A stretch of 33,612 bases of DNA, counting the filler, from an uncultured virus (IMG/VR IMGVR_UViG_2061766007_003009) (lineage: Duplodnaviria; Heunggongvirae; Uroviricota; Caudoviricetes). It is 3 parts of one record of this genome, joined end to end, with 100 filler letters (N's around TTAATTAATTAA, not from the genome) between each part and the next. Parts side by side here need not be neighbours in the genome. Positions count along the whole stretch, not along the records: positions 1 to 3,956 come from IMGVR_UViG_2061766007_003009; positions 4,057 to 31,498 come from IMGVR_UViG_2061766007_003009; 1 more part is not named here. The stretch is one strand, 5' to 3'. This document shows, piece after piece, positions 1-7,603 of this stretch (its first letter is position 1; every line of letters begins with the position of its first letter). The position numbers and the translations under genes were made by a program. The notes beneath the pieces are model-generated. The model was not told the DNA's origin and did not search any database. It saw only the letters and a list, made by a program, of their open reading frames with translations.

Positions 1-122
1 TACTTCTTTTCCTCCTTTTCCCTTTTCTCCTTCTCTATGGCATCCCACAGGCCAGCGGAATAACCGCAGTTAAAGACGGGGAGCAGGAGGGCGAGCAAGA
101 GGATAACTGCGACAAAGAGCAT
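1..122 (-). CDS. small single-pass membrane protein (40 aa), paralog of 2780-2914
   Basis: Manual translation MLFVAVILLLALLLPVFNCGYSAGLWDAIEKEKREKEEKK; AAAGGTAGG RBS-like motif upstream; stop cut by the window edge; below the ORF-track cutoff. Confidence 0.7.
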   Translation of the reverse strand, partial: MLFVAVILLLALLLPVFNCGYSAGLWDAIEKEKREKEEKK

Positions 123-243
123 ACTGTACCTACCTTTCGTTTGCGTGCGGACACCCGAACAACCTTGCTATGCACTCCGGACAATGCCGGAACATCCCCC
201 ATCCCTGCCGGGTGCATGGGGGATTCCGCCCGACTGCAAGCGT

Positions 244-273
244 GAGCCTGCCGGAGGGGTATCCGGCAGGCTC
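244..273. terminator. 12-bp GC-rich hairpin downstream of 297-473
   Basis: GAGCCTGCCGGA-ggggta-TCCGGCAGGCTC perfect inverted repeat; no clear U-tract. Confidence 0.5.
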
Positions 274-296
274 CGCCCTTTAGGCAGGGTAAAGCC

Positions 297-473
297 CTAT
301 AAGGCCATCATCTCGTTTGCTACGTGGCAGATGGTCATTGCGTCGCCCGCAAGCATCGCATCCCGCCAATCGGCCTGCATGCCCTTGATGAACTGCATGC
401 TCTTGCTTGCGGGGATTCCGTACACGCTTGCGAGGTGTGCAGTCAAGCCCTTGAGTGTGAAACGCCTTGCCAT
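297..473 (-). CDS. hypothetical protein (58 aa)
   Basis: Manual translation MARRFTLKGLTAHLASVYGIPASKSMQFIKGMQADWRDAMLAGDAMTICHVANEMMAL; same CGGGTGTCCG...AAAGGCAGG leader as neighbouring genes. Confidence 0.65.
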   Translation of the reverse strand: MARRFTLKGLTAHLASVYGIPASKSMQFIKGMQADWRDAMLAGDAMTICHVANEMMAL

Positions 474-1008
474 ATCGTACCTGCCTTTTTCCTAGCACGG
501 ACACCCGTGCCTTGTTCCATATACCGAAGGCCGACCTCCCGGACATCCCCCATCCCGGCAGGGTAACTGCACCCATACTGGCATGCAGCCTCCTCGACTG
601 TCCCGGGCAGTTCCCGGAAGCCACCGCTGTCCTCCCGGGGCNNNNNNNNNNCATCCGTACCGGGTGGCTCCGGGGATACTGGTGCTGCCTGGGACCTATG
701 TCGACGTCAGGCGCCTTACCGTTACCGATGTCCTCCCGGGACATCCCCCATCCGTACCGGGTGGCTCCGGGAGGTCCTGTCCCGAAGCCTCTGGCCAGCG
801 GCCCTGAGCATCCCCGTCATCACGGGCTGACCCATAGGGCATCCCCCATCCCGGAAGGGTGCTATCCCTCTGCAGCCTGGGTCGACGCCGGGACTGTCGC
901 TCGCGGGCCCGCGGCAGTACGCTGTCGTCTCCCGGGCATCCCCCATCCTCCCCGGGTGGCACCGGGTGTACCTGTGCTGCACGGGACCTGAGCGGGGGAC
1001 TCTGGGAG

Positions 1009-1058
1009 AACCTGACCCATAGGGGTATATACCCCCCATTAGTTTGTAAGTGCTCTAC
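1009..1058 (+). repeat. 50-bp element copy 1, containing palindrome GGGGTATATACCCC
   Basis: AACCTGACCCATAGGGGTATATACCCCCCATTAGTTTGTAAGTGCTCTAC is identical at 3907-3956. Confidence 0.9.
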
Positions 1059-1315
1059 GCCGGTTCCTGGGTGGGAACTTTCGTTCCAGTTCCTCCCGGT
1101 GGCTCCCCGGTGGCTCCCGGTGCATGCTTGGTGGCTCCCGGTGGTTCCTCCCGGTGCATACGTGGTTCGCTCCCGGTGGCAGCCGGCATATCCCCGTAGA
1201 AAAAATCAAAGAAAATTCCAGGGTACGAAGAATGGAAAAAATAAATCGGCCTGTCATGCCGATTGTAACAAAAAATTTACCTAGGGGGGTATAGGGGATA
1301 TTTTTGCTGGGGTAC

Positions 1316-1901
1316 CTCCCGGAGACCCCCCGGTGGCTTTCCGGGAGAATGCGGGTGGTGGGTGTTTCAGAAAAAATTGCTGGGGGGTGCCTCCCGGAGA
1401 CCCCCGGGGGTTTTCCTGTGAGAGACCTGGGATAGGCTCTTGAAAAATTATGGGGCAGGGGGGTTGGACGGGAGTTTTCCCCAGCATTCCACGGATGCCA
1501 TACGGATATGTACCGGTGGTATGCGGCGGGAATATCTTACGCATCGTCTCCTGGGGTCCATGACGATATCCGGGGAAATGCTATCCTGTACGAGGGACTT
1601 CCTGGGAATACGGAGGAGGATGCCGCCGGGGATTTCGTAGGTTTCCCTGTTCGGGGCTAGGAAGACGCATGGGAATATGGACTGGTGTCTATCCGGGTAC
1701 TTTTCGTTGAACTCTTTGTAATGGTACCGGTAGTCTTCGCCGGTTTTCGGGAGGAGGCCGAATCTTGCTATTCTGGGGAGGCATTCCCGGAAGGTCCAGT
1801 GGTATAGGAATCTGTTTGGCATGTGTCGTGGATTGGTTATCTCCCGGAGACCCCCGGTGGCTTTCCGGGAGAATGCCGGGGTGGTAGTTTCAGAAAAAAT
1901 T
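1316..1901 (+). repeat. ~60-bp direct repeats flanking gene 1448-1822
   Basis: CTCCCGGAGACCCCC(C)GGTGGCTTTCCGGGAGAATGC...TTTCAGAAAAAATT at 1316-1378 and 1841-1901; degenerate third copy at ~1391-1448; internal inverted repeat CTCCCGGA/TCCGGGAG. Confidence 0.85.
1448..1822 (-). CDS. putative ADP-ribosyltransferase-fold (KptA/Tpt1 C-terminal-like) protein
   Basis: Motif order LYHWT...LPRIARFGLLP...VFLAP...ILLRIP...RIPPVHI matches the LYHxT / GLxP / VxL / IPPxxI pattern of small phage ART-fold proteins. Confidence 0.55.
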   Translation of the reverse strand: MPNRFLYHWTFRECLPRIARFGLLPKTGEDYRYHYKEFNEKYPDRHQSIFPCVFLAPNRETYEIPGGILLRIPRKSLVQDSISPDIVMDPRRRCVRYSRRIPPVHIRMASVECWGKLPSNPPAP

Positions 1902-1932
1902 TGGGCCCTGGGGGTAAAATGGGTTTTCCTTG

Positions 1933-2172
1933 TCAGTGGTAGGTTTTGACTATGGAGTGCATCCTGTCACTGTTGTTCCTGTCTTCCATCAATGCGTCGT
2001 AAGCCTGCTTGGCCTCGTCGAAGGAGTTATAGTAGATTGGGTGGTGAGGTTTCCAGTTACCGGAGTATCCGCAGTATTCCTGCAGTTGGGCGTGGCCGTC
2101 GTCATATACGGCTATTCGGAGCTGTCCGTCCCTGGGGAAGAGTCTGCGGAGGAGTTTCTGCATGAAGTTCAT
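1933..2172 (-). CDS. hypothetical protein (79 aa, MNFMQKLLRRLFP...)
   Basis: C-terminal part of ORF 1933..2745; leader AATTTACACAAGGGACCCACC-ATG resembles that of 2199-2540. Confidence 0.65.
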   Translation of the reverse strand: MNFMQKLLRRLFPRDGQLRIAVYDDGHAQLQEYCGYSGNWKPHHPIYYNSFDEAKQAYDALMEDRNNSDRMHSIVKTYH

Positions 2173-2198
2173 GGTGGGTCCCTTGTGTAAATTTGAAT

Positions 2199-2540
2199 TT
2201 ACCATCTGATGGTTGCGTGTCCGGAGGTTGGTCCGTAGGAGGCGCCGAAGGCGAAACCCATATGATGGAGTTCGTCTATTACCTGCCTGAAGTGCGGGGC
2301 GGTCATGTAGAATAATGGGTTCCCCCGGTTCTTGCTCGACCAGAACCGGCATGTTCCCCTGGAGTCCCCGGTGGCCTCGTAGTCTATGGTGAGTTCGGAT
2401 ACGTTGCACTTGTACGGGTTGTCTGCAATCCTGGCAATTTCTTCCTTGATTTTCTGTATGGCGTCGTCGAGCTGTTCCTTGGGGATTGGTGCGTTTCGGA
2501 ATTTCGCCTGTTTTTCGCGGATTTCTTCTATGAATGACAT
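2199..2540 (-). CDS. hypothetical protein (113 aa)
   Basis: ORF with AAGGAG RBS; weak resemblance to 27872-28250. Confidence 0.75.
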   Translation of the reverse strand: MSFIEEIREKQAKFRNAPIPKEQLDDAIQKIKEEIARIADNPYKCNVSELTIDYEATGDSRGTCRFWSSKNRGNPLFYMTAPHFRQVIDELHHMGFAFGASYGPTSGHATIRW

Positions 2541-2753
2541 GGTGTGCTCCTTTTGTAAATTTTGGATTACCTGGATGGGGTGGAGTTGAAGTTATGTTCC
2601 ATATAGGTACCTCCCTATTCNNNNNNNNNNCGCTCGCGGCAGTTCCGCTGACCCCCACGACGGCAACGGCAAGCCCCACGTCCTCCTCCGGTGGAAACGC
2701 CATCCCCCCGCCGCCCCCTGACATCCCCGCGGCGTCCTGACCCATACCAACGG

Positions 2754-2777
2754 AAAAGGCGGGCTTTCGCCCGCCTT
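2754..2777 (-). terminator. rho-independent terminator
   Basis: Minus strand AAGGCGGGC-GAAA-GCCCGCCTT-TT immediately after the stop of 2780-2914. Confidence 0.8.
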
Positions 2778-2779
2778 CT

Positions 2780-2914
2780 CTACTCTCCCTTCTGCTCCTT
2801 CTTCTCCCGTTCCTCCCTCTCCTTCTCCTTCTGAGCCCACAGCCCCGTAAGGTAGCCGGGAGAGAACAAGGGATAGAAGACCACGAGCAAGAGCAACACC
2901 AAGATAGCGACCAT
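2780..2914 (-). CDS. small single-pass membrane protein (44 aa), paralog of 1-122
   Basis: Manual translation MVAILVLLLLVVFYPLFSPGYLTGLWAQKEKEREEREKKEQKGE; AAAGGCAGG upstream; terminator downstream. Confidence 0.75.
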   Translation of the reverse strand: MVAILVLLLLVVFYPLFSPGYLTGLWAQKEKEREEREKKEQKGE

Positions 2915-3072
2915 ATTAGACCTGCCTTTCGTTCCGCGGGGCAACATCGCCCCGCAATATACCTATACGCTACCCGAGCCCTCCGGCTTGCCCCCCGTCC
3001 GTTTCCGGTGGAAACGCAGGGAAACCCACCGGAACGCTCCGGCAGGTTTCCCGCTTTCGGCAGGTCAAAACC

Positions 3073-3426
3073 CTACTTGCCCGTAAAGGCTATATCCTCA
3101 AGCAGGCTCTCGAAAATCTCGTTCAGATAACGCTCGCGGTCTTCCGCAGGCACGCGGGAGAGCCAAATGTGACGCAAGCCCGAGCTCGCGTAGAAACTGC
3201 CGTCATTAGAGAGCTCAAAGTACGCTTTGCGGTCGCCCTTGTAGAGTTCGTAGGTTTTCCCGTTCTCGCTGATGCTCGCGATGACGGCCACGTCCCCGCT
3301 CCGCACGCAGGAGATGTTAGGCTCTCCCGCAAACTCCTCGCACACCGGCAAATCTGCCGCCATGCCGATACCAAACGCCAACCCGACCACTACGGGGATT
3401 TTCCTGCAAGCCATTCCGATAGCCAT
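3073..3426 (-). CDS. hypothetical exported protein (signal-peptide-like N-terminus)
   Basis: RK followed by IPVVVGLAFGIGMAA; same CGGGTGTCCG...AAAGGCAGG leader. Confidence 0.7.
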   Translation of the reverse strand: MAIGMACRKIPVVVGLAFGIGMAADLPVCEEFAGEPNISCVRSGDVAVIASISENGKTYELYKGDRKAYFELSNDGSFYASSGLRHIWLSRVPAEDRERYLNEIFESLLEDIAFTGK

Positions 3427-3563
3427 ATAGCCCTGCCTTTCTCTTGGGCGGACACCCGCCCGACAATATGACTATACGCCACCCGAGCCCTCCGGCTTTC
3501 CCCCCGTCCTCCTCCGGTGGTATCGCGGGGAACTCCCGGAGGCTGCCACGGTGGTCCCAGTGA

Positions 3564-3780
3564 TGCCGCTGGGGGTGACCTTAGTGCTCAGTTGTGCAGT
3601 GGGGCATTCCCCCCGTCCACGTCCGGTGGACACCGGGAGGGACAGCCGGCCGTCGAAGCCTCTGGACAGGGGCTGCCGCTGGGGGTGACCTTAGTGCTCA
3701 GTTGGGCAGTGGGGAATTCCCCCCGTCTGCACCCGGTGGACACCGGGAGGGCCAGCCGGCCGTCGAAGCCTCTGGACAGG
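3564..3780 (+). repeat. tandem duplication, ~107-bp unit, period 110
   Basis: TGCCGCTGGGGGTGACCTTAGTGCTCAGTTG...GCCGGCCGTCGAAGCCTCTGGACAGG at 3564-3670 and 3674-3780 with few mismatches. Confidence 0.9.
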
Positions 3781-3906
3781 ACCGTACTGGACACAGTCAG
3801 GCACCGGGATGCCCCCCGTCCCGCCCCGGTGGAGGCCACCGGGATGACGCCGGCCTGGCGTCGTCTGGCACCGTGCAGCAGTCGCTCAGGCAGAACCTCC
3901 TCAGAA

Positions 3907-3956
3907 AACCTGACCCATAGGGGTATATACCCCCCATTAGTTTGTAAGTGCTCTAC
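3907..3956 (+). repeat. 50-bp element copy 2 (at contig end)
   Basis: Identical to 1009-1058. Confidence 0.9.
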
Positions 3957-4000
3957 NNNNNNNNNNNNNNNNNNNNNNNNNNNNNNNNNNNNNNNNNNNN

Positions 4001-4012
4001 TTAATTAATTAA
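4001..4012. other. artificial contig linker
   Basis: TTAATTAATTAA (stops in all six frames) embedded in an N run. Confidence 0.95.
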
Positions 4013-4083
4013 NNNNNNNNNNNNNNNNNNNNNNNNNNNNNNNNNNNNNNNNNNNNTCCTTGATGAATTCGTCTACTTCCATG

Positions 4084-4308
4084 TTACCTCCCGTCGCCAG
4101 AGCCGTAACCGGAACCGTAACCGGAGCAGTCGTCGGAACCGTATCCGGAGATGGAGCCGGTGCAGTAGCCGNNNNNNNNNNAGCAGTAGCCTGAGCAGTA
4201 ACCTGAGCCGGAGCCTCTGCCTGAGACTCTGCCGTTGATTATGTCTAAGTAGCAGGCGTACTCATAGGTGTCTACCGACGTGTTCTTGAGAAATTCGTCT
4301 ACTTCCAT
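4084..4308 (-). CDS. Gly/Ser/Tyr-rich small protein (MEVDEFLKN...GSGYGSGYGSGDGR)
   Basis: GGAGG RBS; GSGY repeats; a sibling starting MEVDEFIK begins at 4082; internal gap. Confidence 0.65.
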   Translation of the reverse strand: MEVDEFLKNTSVDTYEYACYLDIINGRVSGRGSGSGYCSGYCXXXXGYCTGSISGYGSDDCSGYGSGYGSGDGR

Positions 4309-4309
4309 G

Positions 4310-4554
4310 TTACCTCCCGGAGCAATTGTCGTAGCCGTCGCCGCATGCCTCGCCCCAGCCGTAGCCGGAGCCGGNNNNNNNNNNNNNNNNNNNNNNNNNN
4401 NNNNNNNNNNNNNNNNNNNNNNNNNNNNNNNNNNNNNNNNNNNNNNNNNNNNNNNNNNNNNNNNNNNNNNTGACCCGTCGCCGAAGCCTAAGCCGGAGCT
4501 GGTGCCGTGTCCGAACCAGTAGCCGGAAGGCGCCGGGTTGACCAAGAACTGCAT
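4310..4554 (-). CDS. Gly/Ser/Tyr-rich small protein (MQFLVNPAPSGY...GSGYGWGEACGDGYDNCSGR), gapped
   Basis: Both ends read across an N gap; a variant start also lies at ~5094-5161. Confidence 0.55.
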
Positions 4555-4555
4555 G

Positions 4556-5056
4556 CTACTTGATTTCATCACTCAGGCCAAGTTTCTCGATGACCGAGCG
4601 GATGATGTCACTGCCGAAGGCGTCCTTCGTCAAGCGGAGGAACTCCTTGGTTGTCATCTTCCCGTCAAGGTCGACGTTGTGGTCTTTCGCGAAGCTGTCT
4701 CGGCCGAACGTGCAGCTGCCGGTGAGGATGCCGTGCCAGTTGTAGAAGTCCATGGTCGGGTATGTCCCGTCCTTGTCGAACTTCTTGACGAACTCGTCCA
4801 CCTTCTCGTCGACGTTCATGTTGCTGATAATCTTGCGCTCGAGCTCGTTCGCCGCGCCCCTCGCCGTCTTCCCGTGGGCGAAAAGGCCGTGACCCTTCGC
4901 GATGTAGCACTCGGTAATGGTGAGGTCGTTGTTAATTGTGTATCCAGATGCAATGTCGCCGTGAACGTGGTGAATCACGGTAGGCATGCCGTCGATGTAG
5001 TGGACCTGCTCGCCGTTGAATCTGGATATCGTTGATGAAGTGGGTACGTTAACCAT
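4556..5056 (-). CDS. conserved phage hypothetical protein (FNG..V.YIDG / FAHG / WH..LTGSC..GR family)
   Basis: Motifs FNGEQVHYIDG, GLFAHGKT and WHGILTGSCTFGRDSF; a family I recall next to DUF6948 and GYG-repeat genes in phages. Confidence 0.75.
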   Translation of the reverse strand: MVNVPTSSTISRFNGEQVHYIDGMPTVIHHVHGDIASGYTINNDLTITECYIAKGHGLFAHGKTARGAANELERKIISNMNVDEKVDEFVKKFDKDGTYPTMDFYNWHGILTGSCTFGRDSFAKDHNVDLDGKMTTKEFLRLTKDAFGSDIIRSVIEKLGLSDEIK

Positions 5057-5162
5057 GCGCTATGCCTTCCATTCGGGTACGCCNNNNNNNNNNCCGTAGC
5101 CGGCGCCTGTACTATTGCCGTACCCGTAGCCGGAAGGTGCCGGGTTGACCAAGAACTGCATC

Positions 5163-5645
5163 CTATTTGATTTCATCACTCAGGCCAAGTTTCTCGATGA
5201 CCGAGCGGATGATGTCACTGCCGAAGGCGTCCTTCGTCAAGCGGAGGAACTCCTTGGTTGTCATATTACCGTCAAGGTCGACGTTGTGGTCTTTCGCGAA
5301 GCTGTCTCGGCCGAACGTNNNNNNNNNNNNNNNNNNNNNNNNNNNNNNNNNNNNGCCGTCCCTGTCGAACTTCTTGACGAACTCGGAAACCTTCTCGTCG
5401 ACATTCATGTTGCTGATAATCTTGCGTTCGAGCTCGTTCGCCGCGCCCCTCGCCGTCGTCCCGTGGGCGAAAAGTCCGTGACCCTTCGCGATGTAGCACT
5501 CGGAAGTGGTGAGGTCGTTGTTGATTGTGTATCCAGATGCAATGTCTCCGTGAACGTGGTGAATCACGGTAGGCATGCCGTCGATGTAGTGGACCTGCTC
5601 GCCGTTGAATCTGGAAATCGTCGATGAAGTGGGTACGTTAACCAT
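5163..5645 (-). CDS. near-identical second copy or allele of 4556-5056 (gapped)
   Basis: Only a few substitutions (e.g. ITE/TSE, KT/TT); separated by 10-N gaps. Confidence 0.7.
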   Translation of the reverse strand: MVNVPTSSTISRFNGEQVHYIDGMPTVIHHVHGDIASGYTINNDLTTSECYIAKGHGLFAHGTTARGAANELERKIISNMNVDEKVSEFVKKFDRDGXXXXXXXXXXXXTFGRDSFAKDHNVDLDGNMTTKEFLRLTKDAFGSDIIRSVIEKLGLSDEIK

Positions 5646-5648
5646 GCG

Positions 5649-6180
5649 CTATGCCTTCCATTCGGGTACGCCTTCGATGCTGGCAGCCGCCTTGTCGGTC
5701 GTCGGGATAATCTGGCAGATGCCGACGATGGCGATGCTGTTGACCGTGACGGTGAACTTGCACTTGTCCGGGAGGCTGGTGCCGGAGGAGGCGATTTCCT
5801 CGACAGCGGCGGCGCCTTCCCAGTACCAGAGCTTGCGGGCCTTGGAGAGCTCGCAGGAGCAGCCNNNNNNNNNNCGACCGTGACGGTGAACTTGCACTTG
5901 TCCGGGAGGTTGGTGCCGGATGCGGCGATTTCCTCGACAGCGGCGGCACCTTCCCAGTACCAGAGCTTGCGGGCCTTGGAGAGCTCGCAGGAGCAGCCGT
6001 CGGGAGTAACTGCGTCGAGGGTTCCGAAGAACACGCCGGCGTTGATGGAGCGGACGATGACCTTCTTGCCGATNNNNNNNNNNTAGTAACGGAGTCGAGG
6101 GTGCCGAAGAACACGCCGGCGTTGATGGAGCGGACGATGACCTTCTTGCCGATGAGATTGGAGAAGATGTTTTCAGACAT
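5649..6180 (-). CDS. DUF6948-like phage protein (assembled as overlapping redundant fragments)
   Basis: MSENIFSNLIGKKVIVRSINAGVFFGTL...ARKLWYWEGAAAV...CKFTVTV...IEGVPEWKA; segments repeat on either side of 10-N gaps. Confidence 0.75.
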
Positions 6181-6220
6181 GGTATTTTCCTTTTTTGGCT
6201 TAGATTTTGTGTTGACAATA

Positions 6221-6261
6221 CAAATATAGCAAAAAGCGGGTGTGGGAAATTGCTATATTTG
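6221..6261. promoter_or_regulatory. back-to-back promoter pair CAAATATAGCAA / TTGCTATATTTG
   Basis: 12-bp inverted copies at 6221-6232 and 6250-6261 between divergent genes; contains TAnnTTTG. Confidence 0.8.
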
Positions 6262-6269
6262 TGGTCGAT

Positions 6270-6692
6270 ATGAGGATACCTGTAGACATTAGGGTTGGGG
6301 TGTACGTCGGGCTGGTACTGGGTTTCTCCCGGAAATTGCTGGGGAAGGTACTGAGGCCATCCGGTACGAGGCTGTTCCGGGAGGTTGTAGGGAAGGAGCG
6401 GAAGATATCCCTGTGTGTGGACCACGAGGGTCTGGGGTTGCGTGGGTACGTCGGGGGACCCTGGGTGATAGGGGACATGGGGGAGCTGTACCGTGCGATG
6501 GAGATAGCGGGAGCATGGGATGGCAGGCTGCCCGAGAACATGTCATTGGCGGTTGTGTGCGGGGACTGCAGTGACAGGATGGGGCTGTGTAGGTTCATGG
6601 AGCTGTCCCGTCTAGGGGAGAGGGAGTCTGCGGCACGTGCTTCGGTGGAGGGGTGCCGGGTGGACATAATGAAGATGCTTGGTGAGTTATGA
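6270..6692 (+). CDS. shared-leader family protein
   Basis: MRIPVDIRVGVYVGLVLGFSRKLLGKVLRPSG; body nearly identical to 7184-7603. Confidence 0.85.
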   Translation: MRIPVDIRVGVYVGLVLGFSRKLLGKVLRPSGTRLFREVVGKERKISLCVDHEGLGLRGYVGGPWVIGDMGELYRAMEIAGAWDGRLPENMSLAVVCGDCSDRMGLCRFMELSRLGERESAARASVEGCRVDIMKMLGEL

Positions 6693-6799
6693 GCATACCT
6701 GTGGACATTAGGATTGGGGTATATGCCGGAGTCGTGCTGGGTTTCTCCCGGAGGCTGTTGCGGAGGGTGCTGGTATCTCCCGGTAGGCACCCGTTGAGG
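6689..6799 (+). CDS. shared-leader family protein, 5' part only (gap)
   Basis: Manual translation MSIPVDIRIGVYAGVVLGFSRRLLRRVLVSPGRHPLR; ATGA overlap with the previous stop. Confidence 0.75.
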
Positions 6800-6855
6800 N
6801 NNNNNNNNNTGACATGGTATTTTCCTTTTTTGGTTTAGGTTTTGTATTGATATCA

Positions 6856-6867
6856 CAAATATAGCAA
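6856..6867 (-). promoter_or_regulatory. TTGCTATATTTG promoter (minus strand)
   Basis: CAAATATAGCAA; 6811-6867 duplicates the DUF6948 leader at 6177-6232. Confidence 0.7.
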
Positions 6868-6874
6868 AAATCTG

Positions 6875-7129
6875 CTAGCGGGAAGTTTCCGTGGTTTCCG
6901 GGGAGTTTTCGAGGATGCTGTCGCGGAAGTTGTCGAAGTCCTTGCGTTCGTATACGCGGTACGTGACATCATCGGAGGATGAGCCGCTAGTCTGGTAGAC
7001 TATACGGACCTCGTGTTTCGTTGGTGCGGTGGTAGATACGGTCTCCGTGTAACCGAACGAGGAGATTGCGTCCCTGCGGAAGAACTTCTCCCCCTGGAGA
7101 GTCCTTAGTTTGGCGAATTTGCTGTTCAT
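6875..7129 (-). CDS. hypothetical protein (84 aa, MNSKFAKLRTLQGEK...)
   Basis: ATG 5 nt after the minus-strand promoter motif; C-terminal part of ORF 6875..7339. Confidence 0.75.
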   Translation of the reverse strand: MNSKFAKLRTLQGEKFFRRDAISSFGYTETVSTTAPTKHEVRIVYQTSGSSSDDVTYRVYERKDFDNFRDSILENSPETTETSR

Positions 7130-7134
7130 ACCAT

Positions 7135-7175
7135 CAAATATAGCAAAAACTGTTGCGAATAAATTGCTATATTTG
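7135..7175. promoter_or_regulatory. back-to-back promoter pair
   Basis: CAAATATAGCAA at 7135-7146 and TTGCTATATTTG at 7164-7175. Confidence 0.8.
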
Positions 7176-7183
7176 TGGTCGAT

Positions 7184-7603
7184 ATGAGGATGCCTGCAGA
7201 TATTCGTGTTTCGGTGTATATTGGCGTGGTCCTGGGTTTCTCCCGGAGGCTTCTGAGGAAGGTATTGGTTCCATCCGGTACGAGGCTGTTCCGGGAGGTT
7301 GTAGGGAAGGAACGGAAGATATCCCTGTGTGTGGACCACGAGGGCCTGGGGTTGCGTGGGTACGTTGGTGGACCCTGGGTTATAAGGGGAATGGGAGAGC
7401 TGTACCGTGCGATGGAGATAGCTGGCGCATGGGAGGGCAGGCTGCCCGAGAATATGTCATTGGCGGTTGTGTGCGGGGACTGCAGTGATAAAATGGGCCT
7501 GTGCAGGTTCATGGAGCTTTCCCGTCTAGGGGATAGGGAGTCGGTGGCACGTGCTACGATTGAGGGGTGCCGGGTGGACATAATAAAGATGCTGGGAGAC
7601 TGA
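7184..7603 (+). CDS. shared-leader family protein
   Basis: MRMPADIRVSVYIGVVLGFSRRLLRKVLVPSG. Confidence 0.85.
   Translation: MRMPADIRVSVYIGVVLGFSRRLLRKVLVPSGTRLFREVVGKERKISLCVDHEGLGLRGYVGGPWVIRGMGELYRAMEIAGAWEGRLPENMSLAVVCGDCSDKMGLCRFMELSRLGDRESVARATIEGCRVDIIKMLGD

Larger units (their letters stand above)
193..948 (+). repeat. dispersed 12-bp direct repeat CATCCCCCATCC (5 full copies) in GC-rich, largely non-coding DNA
   Basis: Copies at 193, 544, 742, 840 and 937, plus a partial copy at ~652; often followed by CCGGGTGG. Confidence 0.8.

Noticed and set aside
467..1284. Pro/Gly/Arg-rich ORFs over the GC-rich repeat DNA (also 3517-4008)
   Set aside because: No RBS or motif, and composition follows the repeats; shadow ORFs.
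2133..2172. MNFMQKLLRRLFP as a leader-family member
   Set aside because: Has only the basic half; lacks the invariant Tyr and the hydrophobic stretch.
4001..4012. TTAATTAATTAA palindromes here and at 31543-31554 as biological sites
   Set aside because: Flanked by N runs on both sides; a standard all-frame-stop concatenation spacer, so adjacency across them is meaningless.
4556..6180. Apparent tandem gene duplications (166-aa gene twice, DUF6948 segments repeated)
   Set aside because: Near-identical overlaps separated by 10-N gaps fit scaffolded strain bubbles, not demonstrable duplications.
6221..6261. CAAATATAGCAA/TTGCTATATTTG pairs as terminators or MITE ends
   Set aside because: They sit between divergent gene starts, spacers vary, and single oriented copies exist; promoters explain this better.
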